Assembly: GCA_027398005.1 (NCBI GenBank)
Contig: DAHYUM010000001.1
Location: 203 to 64,202 of the forward strand
Source of the DNA: a bacterium
GTDB lineage: Bacteria > Bacteroidota > Ignavibacteria > Ignavibacteriales > Melioribacteraceae
DNA length: 64,000 nt
Direction: 5' to 3'
The position numbers and the translations under genes are program-made. Below are positions 1-8,020 of the stretch, piece after piece. Within the stretch, counting starts at the first letter, position 1. The number at the start of each line of letters is the position of its first letter. The notes below the pieces were generated by a model, which was not told the origin of the DNA, did no database searches, and was given only the letters and a program-made list of their open reading frames with translations.

Positions 1-403
1 TTATTGAAGCGGAGGCGACTTTATAGGCAACCGGATTAAACTGCTGAAGAAAATTGAGCGACGGCACATCCCAGGGGCTGGCAAACCAGTCTATTCCCTT
101 TGCGCGGCAGTAATCATCAATAATTTCATATTCCTTAAACCCGAATTCAACTTTGTGCCTGTATTCAAGATAAGTAATTCTTCCCCACGGCGTATCGCGT
201 TCTATATTCCACTGTTCTTTAGGCACGCATATCTCGGGGGTTCGTTTCTGGAATTTTACAGCGTTGCATCCGGCAAATACCGCTCCGTCTATAAGTTTCT
301 TAGCCAGTTCAAGCGAGCCGTTGTGGTTAATTCCTATTTCGCCTATAATGTAAACCGGCTCGCCGTCTCCTATAAAGCTGCTGCCAACCTTCAGCTTCCT
401 CAT
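1..403 (-). CDS. NeuB-like ulosonate/N-acylneuraminate(-9-phosphate) synthase, N-terminal part only (gene runs off the left edge)
   Basis: Hand translation of the reverse strand from ATG (complement of 401-403) gives MRKLKVGSSFIGDGEPVYIIGEIGINHNGSLELAKKLIDGAVFAGCNAVKFQKR..., the typical NeuB/PseI/SpsE N-terminus. It is missing from the ORF track because the window edge truncates it. The start lies 3 nt after the upstream gene's stop. Confidence 0.8.
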   Translation of the reverse strand, partial: MRKLKVGSSFIGDGEPVYIIGEIGINHNGSLELAKKLIDGAVFAGCNAVKFQKRTPEICVPKEQWNIERDTPWGRITYLEYRHKVEFGFKEYEIIDDYCRAKGIDWFASPWDVPSLNFLQQFNPVAYKVASASI

Positions 404-406
404 CCC

Positions 407-955
407 TTATTTCTTTCCTTTTTTCTTTTTGGTTTCGGTAGTGGTTCTTGCCTCAATAATAAGTTCGCATAAATCCCTTACAGCGCCGTGGCCGCCGTTG
501 CTTTCAACTATTACATCCGCAATTTCCTTGGCAAATTTAGTGGCGTCGTTAGGGCATGCGCTTAAGCCAACTCTTTCCATAATCCCAAGGTCATTTGTAT
601 CGTCTCCTATAAAAGCAATTTCGGAAGTGGAGAGGTTTTTGCGCACAACTATATCGTCCAGAACCGCGGTCTTATCCATAACGCCTAAATGAAGTTCTGT
701 AATTTTAAGTTTCTTTGCCCTGCTCGATACAATCTTGGTATCTTCCCTTGTAATAATGCCGGTTTCAATTCCGGCAACGGAGCGGAGGCGTTCAATTCCC
801 ATTCCGTCCCGTATTGAAAATCGTTTCAGTAATTCGCCGTCGGCTGAATAATAAACACCGGTATCGGTAAGCACACCGTCAACATCGGTCAACAACAATT
901 TTATTTTTGAAGCTTTCTTTAATAAATCACTTTTGGTCAGTTTCTTTTTAGCCAT
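407..955 (-). CDS. KdsC-family HAD phosphatase (ulosonate-phosphate phosphatase type)
   Basis: 182 aa. HAD motif I is DVDGVLTD, and GDD.ND lies near the C-terminus. The overall layout matches KDO-8-P / Kdn-9-P phosphatases. Operon position is immediately before the NeuB-like gene. Confidence 0.85.
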   Translation of the reverse strand: MAKKKLTKSDLLKKASKIKLLLTDVDGVLTDTGVYYSADGELLKRFSIRDGMGIERLRSVAGIETGIITREDTKIVSSRAKKLKITELHLGVMDKTAVLDDIVVRKNLSTSEIAFIGDDTNDLGIMERVGLSACPNDATKFAKEIADVIVESNGGHGAVRDLCELIIEARTTTETKKKKGKK

Positions 956-995
956 AAATAGTTACCTCGGAATAAGATTATATTAATATTAAGAA

Positions 996-1805
996 TTACA
1001 GGCAGGTCCACCCGCCGTCAACAATTAGATTAGCCCCCGTCATATAAGCGGAGGCGTCGCTTGCAAGAAAAATAACAGCTCCCCTGTAATCCGATGGAGC
1101 CGCCATTCTCTTTAAAGCGGTTTTTGAAGAATATTTTTCGATGAAAAATTCGTCCTGGCTGTTTTCAACTCCCCCCGGGGTTAATGTATTCACCCTAACT
1201 CCATCGCTTCCCCAATAAGAAGCGAGATATTTGGTGAACATAATAACAGCCCCTTTTGTGGCTGAATATGCAGGGGGCTTGTAAAACGACTGTTTCCCAT
1301 CCTTGTTAATGTAAAGCGATTGGTCCGGAGCTACAATTCCATAAGTGGACGCAATATTTATAATGCTTCCTTTTTTCTGTCTGGCCATTTCGGCGCCTAA
1401 AATCTGGGAACAGAGAAAAACTCCCGTAAGGTTTACGTCAACCGATTTCTGCCACAGTTCAAGAGGATAGTTCTCAAATTTGGATTGTTCTAAAGCCGCT
1501 TTCGGATTTTCGAACATATCATTTATTGCCGCGTTGTTAATAAGAACATCAATATGCCCGAACTTTTCAATTATGCGTTCGCGCGCTTCCTTGATGGAAC
1601 CGGGGGAAGTTACATCGAGCTTAATTCCCATCGAACCGGTTTTTAATGTTGAAGCGAGCAGTGCGCATTTATCTTCGTCAAGGTCGGCCGCAACAACATT
1701 AGCCCCTGCATCGCTTAAAGCTTTGCAGTGTTCTTTGCCTATTAAGCCTGCCGCGCCGGTTACAATAGCGGTCTTTCCTTTTAACGAGAATAAATCCATT
1801 TGCAT
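996..1805 (-). CDS. Short-chain dehydrogenase/reductase (SDR)
   Basis: 269 aa. N-terminal TGAAGLIGK Rossmann motif, NNAA, and a Y..ATK-type catalytic YxxxK (YSATK). Confidence 0.85.
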   Translation of the reverse strand: MQMDLFSLKGKTAIVTGAAGLIGKEHCKALSDAGANVVAADLDEDKCALLASTLKTGSMGIKLDVTSPGSIKEARERIIEKFGHIDVLINNAAINDMFENPKAALEQSKFENYPLELWQKSVDVNLTGVFLCSQILGAEMARQKKGSIINIASTYGIVAPDQSLYINKDGKQSFYKPPAYSATKGAVIMFTKYLASYWGSDGVRVNTLTPGGVENSQDEFFIEKYSSKTALKRMAAPSDYRGAVIFLASDASAYMTGANLIVDGGWTCL

Positions 1806-1808
1806 CCC

Positions 1809-3143
1809 TTATTTCTTTAGCGGTTTCATATTAAAATTATCCACTTTCCTGAACACAGGCTGAACAGGAAGGCCGATAAGATACTCTTTTAATCTGTTCT
1901 CTTCCACTGCTTTTTTAAGAACCTCAAGCGATTGTTCGAGCGCCTGAAGGGTGTAATCAACATCGGTATCGGAATGTGAGAAGGACATATTAAAAAATCC
2001 CTGCCACAGAACCCCCCGTTTAATCATTTCCTGCTGAACGAGCGATTTCTGCACCAGCGGATCCCCCCCCTTGGCATCGAACTGCGCAACCGAGCGCCAG
2101 TCGTATCCGGTCATCCGTGTATAATCGAGACCCAGTTTTGAAGCTATTTCATTGTATCCGTTTTTAAGTTTACTCCCCTGCGCGGCAAGGAATTTAATTA
2201 CATCCTTCTCCCTTATTTCGGCAACGGTGGCTTTAACTGCTGCAAGCGAGAGTGCTTCCCCGCCGAATGTGGTGTAAAAGAAGATATCCTCTTCGGCCAG
2301 TTCCATAATTTTTTTCTTTCCGGTAAGGATTGAAATAGGCATTCCGTTGGCTACCGCTTTTGAATAGGTAGCAAGGTCGGGGGTAATGCCGAAATATTCC
2401 TGAGCGCCCCCCAGTGCCATCCTGAATCCTGTCCACATCTCATCGAATATAAGAACGATTCCTTTCTCATCGCACAGGTCGGCAAGTTTATGGAGAAAAT
2501 TATCTTTAGGTGCTTCGAAAACGACCGGCTCAAGAATAATTGCGGCCACGTCGTCATCTATTGAACTGCGCACCGAATCGATATCGTTGTAGTTAAACGT
2601 ATATGAAATGGCCTGCACGGCTTCGGGTATCCCGTTGTTGCGCGCTGTTACGGCTATGTACCAGTCGTGCCATCCGTGGTAGCCGCAGCAGAGGATCTTG
2701 TTTTTGCCTGTGTAGGCGCGCGCAAGGCGGATTGCCGCGCTTGTAACGTCGGCGCCTGTTTTGCTGTAGCGCACCGCGTCTGCATTGGGTATTATATCGC
2801 GCATCAGTTCGGCAACTTCAACTTCAAGCGGATGCATCATGGAAAAAGTGATTCCGTCATCGAGCTGTTTTTTAATTGCCTCGTCAACGCGCTGGTACGA
2901 GTAGCCGAGCGAAAGGGGGCCTACCCCCATAAGAAAATCGATATATTCATTTCCGTCAACATCCCAAACATGCGAGCCTTTCCCTTTTGCCAGATACTTC
3001 GGGGCTATTCCGTTTACCCATTGCCCCGGACCTTTGGCAAGGGTCTGTGTTACCGAAGGTATTAAACCAACGGCGCGGCTATAAAGCTGATTCGATTTAT
3101 CAATCACAGGAAAATCGTTTGTAAGTGAAATTTTATTAGGCAT
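1809..3143 (-). CDS. Class-III PLP aminotransferase (glutamate-1-semialdehyde aminomutase-like)
   Basis: 444 aa. Matching motifs include GSHVWDVDGNEYIDF, ILEPV, LIFDEM.TGFR and SKAVANGMP (the PLP lysine context). Confidence 0.85.
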   Translation of the reverse strand: MPNKISLTNDFPVIDKSNQLYSRAVGLIPSVTQTLAKGPGQWVNGIAPKYLAKGKGSHVWDVDGNEYIDFLMGVGPLSLGYSYQRVDEAIKKQLDDGITFSMMHPLEVEVAELMRDIIPNADAVRYSKTGADVTSAAIRLARAYTGKNKILCCGYHGWHDWYIAVTARNNGIPEAVQAISYTFNYNDIDSVRSSIDDDVAAIILEPVVFEAPKDNFLHKLADLCDEKGIVLIFDEMWTGFRMALGGAQEYFGITPDLATYSKAVANGMPISILTGKKKIMELAEEDIFFYTTFGGEALSLAAVKATVAEIREKDVIKFLAAQGSKLKNGYNEIASKLGLDYTRMTGYDWRSVAQFDAKGGDPLVQKSLVQQEMIKRGVLWQGFFNMSFSHSDTDVDYTLQALEQSLEVLKKAVEENRLKEYLIGLPVQPVFRKVDNFNMKPLKK

Positions 3144-3194
3144 TTTTCAAATTCCCATTAATAAGTAAATCCGTTCTATATTATACATTCTACT

Positions 3195-4097
3195 TTAAAT
3201 ATTATCAAACTTTTTAAGGCATTTAGCGGCAATTTGGGGCGCTGTAAAACCTTCATATTCAAGCACGTCGTTTAAAAGCCCCGGCTTGAACCATTTATTT
3301 TCAAGGGCAAAGGGAAGCACATCCGCCGTTTTCCTCTTTTTAAGAAGAGTTTCGGCTAGTATGGTATAAAGTCCGCCGGTAATAAAATGGTCTTCAATGG
3401 TAACGAGCAGCCTGCATTCATCAGCCGCTTTAATAAGGGCCTCTTCGTCTGCCGGTTTAACAGTGCGCATATTTATAAGGCGCACTGATTTCCCCGCCGC
3501 TTCAAGAATTTCCTTTGCCTTGTATGCCTGCGCGAATAGGAAACCGTGTACAATAAGCGCAATATCGGTTCCTTCGCCTAATATTTCCGCGCGCCCAATT
3601 TTAAATTCTGAATGTCCGGCAACCGGTTTAGTGTTGTTGTAGCGAATATAAAAGGGGGATGGGCTTGCGAGCACTTCGGGCAACCCTTTAAGAAGTTCAT
3701 CTTCATCGGCAGGGGAGAAGATATTTACATTCGGAATTCCCCTCATAATTGAGATATCTTCAATTGCCTGGTGGGTGGGGCCGTTGCCGTCCGATAGAAA
3801 TCCGGGCACGCCCCCAACAATTTTAACGGGCAGATTTGGTATTCCTACGTCGGTTCTAATAAATTCGAACGAGCGCATTGTAATGAATGTGGCAAGGGCG
3901 TGCACAATTGGAATTCGCCCCCTTAAGGCAAGCCCCGCGGCCATGCCTACCTGTGTCTGTTCCGTTATGCCGGTATCTATAAAATTATCTTTTATTCTGG
4001 ATGTAATATTCCTCATAGCCGCGCGGTTTTCCGAAGTCATAACCACATAGCGACTGTCTTTTGTAACAAGTTCAAGTAATAATTCTTCGTATGTCAT
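3195..4097 (-). CDS. Split transketolase, C-terminal (pyrimidine-binding) subunit
   Basis: 300 aa. Motifs GI.EQ..VGMAAGLA and GPTHQAIEDI are typical of the TK C-terminal subunit. Confidence 0.85.
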   Translation of the reverse strand: MTYEELLLELVTKDSRYVVMTSENRAAMRNITSRIKDNFIDTGITEQTQVGMAAGLALRGRIPIVHALATFITMRSFEFIRTDVGIPNLPVKIVGGVPGFLSDGNGPTHQAIEDISIMRGIPNVNIFSPADEDELLKGLPEVLASPSPFYIRYNNTKPVAGHSEFKIGRAEILGEGTDIALIVHGFLFAQAYKAKEILEAAGKSVRLINMRTVKPADEEALIKAADECRLLVTIEDHFITGGLYTILAETLLKKRKTADVLPFALENKWFKPGLLNDVLEYEGFTAPQIAAKCLKKFDNI

Positions 4098-4125
4098 GGT
4101 TTCACTTTAAAATTTAATTCAAAAA

Positions 4126-4953
4126 TTATTTTTGGTGTTCCGCGTAAAGCTCTTTTTTAAGCAGTTCAATCTCATCTGCAGAAAAATTGGCAAACCATCT
4201 GTCGGCCCTGCTTTGAATGCTCGGTATTCCTTTGCCCCGGGTTGTATCTGCAATAAGCACCGAGACTTTTCCCTTTTCGAACGGGAATGAGGATAAAGCG
4301 GCTTCAATTTCGCCGAAATTGTGCCCGTTAATGTTTTTAACTGCACAGCCGAATGATTTGAACTTTTCATCCAGAGGGGTAAGGGGTATAAGGTCTTCCG
4401 TCTCGATATTTGCCTGGAATTTATTCCTGTCGACAATTACAAGCAGGTTATCGAGCTTATATGCCGAAGCTACAAGAATAGCCTCCCAGTTCGAGCCTTC
4501 GTTCAGTTCGCCGTCGCCTACTACAACAGTTACCTTGTTCTTTCCCCCTTTAAGCCTGCAGTCAATAGCCACCCCCGAAGCGACCGAAAGGTTGTGCCCT
4601 AAAGAGCCGGAGTGGAATTCGATGCCGGGTATGTTCACATTGGGATGCCAGTAAATAAAATCGTTAGTCTTAAGGTGGTTTTTAAGCCTCTCTTTTTCAA
4701 TCCACTCGAGTTCTGCAAAGGTGGCATAGAGGGCTGGCACCGTATGCCCTTTGGAAAGGAAAAGATAATCCCTCGAAGGGTCTTTAAGTGTTTCTTTGGT
4801 AATGTTCAAAAATTCTTTGTAAAGGTAAACGCATAAGTCGGTCCACGATAGCGAAGCGCCTATAAAACAGCCTCCGTTTGTGCTCATATCCAGAATATGT
4901 GCGCGTACGTTTAGCGCCGTCTGCTCAAGTTGTTCTTTCTTTTCTTTTGTCAT
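4126..4953 (-). CDS. Split transketolase, N-terminal (TPP-binding) subunit
   Basis: 275 aa. Motifs SKGH..PALY, GSLGHNLSVASG, GDGELNEGSNWEA and DRNKFQ. There is a 4-nt ATGA overlap with the upstream cytidylyltransferase gene. Confidence 0.85.
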   Translation of the reverse strand: MTKEKKEQLEQTALNVRAHILDMSTNGGCFIGASLSWTDLCVYLYKEFLNITKETLKDPSRDYLFLSKGHTVPALYATFAELEWIEKERLKNHLKTNDFIYWHPNVNIPGIEFHSGSLGHNLSVASGVAIDCRLKGGKNKVTVVVGDGELNEGSNWEAILVASAYKLDNLLVIVDRNKFQANIETEDLIPLTPLDEKFKSFGCAVKNINGHNFGEIEAALSSFPFEKGKVSVLIADTTRGKGIPSIQSRADRWFANFSADEIELLKKELYAEHQK

Positions 4954-5756
4954 TCTGTTTTACGCTTGTTTTTATATTCGGTAATATTATTTAATTCATT
5001 TAAATGGTTATCGTACCAGTATCTGCCGGCATACTTCCTATTAATATTGTGTATATAAGGTTTTTCCTCAAGAAGGCGCAGGATATCGTAAAGCCCGAAA
5101 TCATTTTTCTTCTCGTAAAGTTCATCGTACACGCTCCGTATGAAAATATAATCCTCCTCATAATCAATAGTCCACCTGTGTGTAGAGGAGAAATCATGTT
5201 TGGTTTCCCAAACAACATTGCCAATTTTAAATCTATCGGGTCTTTCCCATATAAAGGGAGTCGTATGCTCCCTTTCAAAATTTTTAACGGCTTCATTAAA
5301 TGCCGTTTCAAGGGCTTTGAATGTGAAAATCTCAACATCATTCCCGTCGGGGTATGTAGCCGGGTGCAGGTTGCTCACAAAATCGAAATCGTTATCAATA
5401 AAATGTCGGAATACTTTATCTATAATTGTATGGTCAATAAGAGGGCAGTCGGATGGAATTTTAGCAACGGCGCCTGCGCCGTATTCAACAGCCGCCCGGT
5501 AGTGCCTTTCCAGCAGGTCCGTTGGGTGCCCCCTGTAGCAGTTGAGTCCTTCTTTGGCGCACAGGTTTTCAATAGGGTCGTCTTCGCTCCGTGTTGAAGT
5601 CGCAATTACAACGGTGCCGGCAAGTTTTGCCCTGTAAACCCTTTCAACCATTCTTAAGAGGAGGGGTTTGCCGCATACTGAAAGCATTACTTTGTTGGGC
5701 AGTCTTGAAGAGCCTGTTCTTGCCTGAATAACCGTAACAATTTTGCCTGAATCCAT
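4950..5756 (-). CDS. SpsF/NeuA-type cytidylyltransferase (CMP-sugar synthetase family)
   Basis: 268 aa. The N-terminus IQARTGSSRLPNKVM...GKPLL is the CTP_transf_3-type signature. Confidence 0.8.
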   Translation of the reverse strand: MDSGKIVTVIQARTGSSRLPNKVMLSVCGKPLLLRMVERVYRAKLAGTVVIATSTRSEDDPIENLCAKEGLNCYRGHPTDLLERHYRAAVEYGAGAVAKIPSDCPLIDHTIIDKVFRHFIDNDFDFVSNLHPATYPDGNDVEIFTFKALETAFNEAVKNFEREHTTPFIWERPDRFKIGNVVWETKHDFSSTHRWTIDYEEDYIFIRSVYDELYEKKNDFGLYDILRLLEEKPYIHNINRKYAGRYWYDNHLNELNNITEYKNKRKTE

Positions 5757-5757
5757 T

Positions 5758-6783
5758 TTATTGATGGTTTAATGCTTCTTTAAGCTTTAGTGAATAATTT
5801 AACTGTCCCGGTTCAATTTTGCCGGGGTGAGCCATAAGAGCGATGCCGGCGGCGGCAATATTTTCAGCCGAGGCCCCTCCGTTCTGAATTGGCATCAGCT
5901 CTTTTAAATTTTCTATGTTAAAATATGAATAAACCTGCTTGCCTAATGCCAGCCCTATATAAACAACCGAAGAATATTTTGTAATAAGCACATCGCAGTT
6001 AGCAATCATTTCATTCGTATTGCCCGAAGTGAAAACAAGCGAGCCGGGGGCGTACATGCTAATTTCCTTTTCGGCGCGTAGGGCGTCTTCGTTGGGATGA
6101 AGTTTAAATAATAGCTGTTTGCCGCCGGCTATTTTAAGACATTCGAGGATGAATTTTTTCCTGTTCTCGTAACGGAATGTCTCCCTCATATCGGTAGTGG
6201 CAACCATAACATATCCCTTGTGGGGGAATGAGTTATTCAGGTATGATGAGGCGTTATCGAAATTGGGTATTCCGGTTACAACTATTTTATGCGGCTTTGC
6301 CCCTTTTTTAATGAAGTGGTTTTTATATCCTTCCGAGGCTACACAGAAGAGGTCGTACAAGTCCGAAGTGCCTGTTGTAGATGTGCTTGCAATCCAGCGG
6401 GGGAGCTTTAAATATCTTACCAGATAATAAATTAAATTCTCCGGGTCAGTCATTCCCTCCTGAACCAGGATTAGTTTTTTCTTTCTTATATTCTTCGGAA
6501 TTATAAGGTCCGAGCCTGTGAATACGAGGTCGTAATCGTTCTTTGTTCCCCGATAATCCAGATTAAGGTTATTGCTTAAAATATAATTTAGTGTACTCTG
6601 TTTGAACTTTCCGCCAAGAATGCAGAAATCGAGTATTCCCCTGCGCGCCAGAAAATCGAGGAATTTATCGGCATAGTAGGGGGAGAAAAAGCAGTCGTAT
6701 TCCCTAAGGTGCTGCGAGATCTGATGCATCATAGTAGTCTGGTTCAACGATCCGCCGATAAAGAGAATTTTCTTTTTGCTCAT
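5758..6783 (-). CDS. GT-B-like protein, candidate CMP-ulosonic-acid transferase (function unproven)
   Basis: The ORF is 346 aa from a TTG at 6798. I prefer the ATG at 6783 (MSKKKILFIGG...). It has a two-lobed Rossmann-like layout, a KLHPNE (HP-type) motif and a QEG motif. It is the first gene of the operon. Confidence 0.55.
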   Translation of the reverse strand: MSKKKILFIGGSLNQTTMMHQISQHLREYDCFFSPYYADKFLDFLARRGILDFCILGGKFKQSTLNYILSNNLNLDYRGTKNDYDLVFTGSDLIIPKNIRKKKLILVQEGMTDPENLIYYLVRYLKLPRWIASTSTTGTSDLYDLFCVASEGYKNHFIKKGAKPHKIVVTGIPNFDNASSYLNNSFPHKGYVMVATTDMRETFRYENRKKFILECLKIAGGKQLLFKLHPNEDALRAEKEISMYAPGSLVFTSGNTNEMIANCDVLITKYSSVVYIGLALGKQVYSYFNIENLKELMPIQNGGASAENIAAAGIALMAHPGKIEPGQLNYSLKLKEALNHQ

Positions 6784-7135
6784 TTGCGCGTCTTTCAAAA
6801 TTGTTTACCTAAAATTAAGCAAATAAGGGGAGAGAATCAGTTAAGAAATTATTAAACAAATGGAAGCAGGGTAAAAATTACAGATACCGGGGGAACACTC
6901 CCCTTAATTATGAATTTACCTGCCGCCGCATACAAAAAAAAGTAAAAGCCATATAACGGATATTCTTTTACTGGGGCGGGTTAAAATGAGAGAATTGCTC
7001 CTGAAAAAGCTTTCAGCGCACTACTAATTAATGCCATTGACGGTGTCAAAATTACTTAAATTAATAGTTGCTTATATTATATACTTAGCCTTATGTTTGG
7101 GCTGATGCATTTTAAAAATCGATGGGGGAGCTTCT

Positions 7136-7972
7136 ATGAAGCAGAAAATACTTTTTTGGACTGTTTCAGTAATTCTAACCTTATTTTTAGCGGTATTCCA
7201 AAGAGTAACGGGGCCATCGTATCCGGTAAGCGGTAAATTCACTTTAGGAGGAGAGACTATTAAATATTCTCTTCCCCGCAGCAGCGACGGTCAGCCCCAT
7301 ACAATAGTTTCAATCAATGTAAACGATCCTTCGGCAGCGGGTAAATTAAGCTGGAAAAGACTTAAAACAGCAGACCCTTTTACCGAAGTTGAAATGAAGC
7401 AGAACGGGGGCAAGCTTGAAGCCGAACTGCCGATACAGCCGGCCGCCGGAAAACTTGAATACAAGGTTCAAATCTCAAAAGGGAATGAGGCCGTTGCCCT
7501 TCCGCAGGAAGGGGAAATGGTAATCCGTTTCCGCGATCCGGTTCCTCCAATAGTTCTTATTCCGCACGTAATCCTTATTTTCATGGCAATGCTCCTTTCC
7601 ACAAGAACGGGAATGGAATTTTTTAATAACGCGCCGCAGCTTAAGAAATATACGCTGTGGACCATAGGATTCTTATTCCTGGGCGGATTCATATTCGGGC
7701 CCATTATGCAGTATTACGCATTCGGGGAATTCTGGACCGGCGTGCCTTTCGGGTTTGACCTTACAGACAATAAGACTTTAATTGCAATGATAGCCTGGCT
7801 TATAGTATTATTCAGGCTGAATAAATCTAAAAATCCGAAAAGGCTTGTCCTTATAGGCGCTGTTGTAATGTTTCTTGTATATCTTATTCCCCACAGCGTT
7901 CTCGGCTCGGAACTGGATTACAGTAAAACCGACATGAATAAACCGGCCGCTGAAATGCCGGTGAATAAATAA
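7136..7972 (+). CDS. Membrane protein of unknown function (N-terminal anchor, extracytoplasmic beta-rich domain, about 4 C-terminal TM helices)
   Basis: 278-aa ORF with a GGGGAG RBS-like sequence just upstream. The hydrophobic segments are visible in the translation. I recognise no family. Confidence 0.7.
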   Translation: MKQKILFWTVSVILTLFLAVFQRVTGPSYPVSGKFTLGGETIKYSLPRSSDGQPHTIVSINVNDPSAAGKLSWKRLKTADPFTEVEMKQNGGKLEAELPIQPAAGKLEYKVQISKGNEAVALPQEGEMVIRFRDPVPPIVLIPHVILIFMAMLLSTRTGMEFFNNAPQLKKYTLWTIGFLFLGGFIFGPIMQYYAFGEFWTGVPFGFDLTDNKTLIAMIAWLIVLFRLNKSKNPKRLVLIGAVVMFLVYLIPHSVLGSELDYSKTDMNKPAAEMPVNK

Positions 7973-8020
7973 GAAGCTTTTATTTAATTGTATAGAATCT
8001 TAAACTCAATGGAGAAGTAA

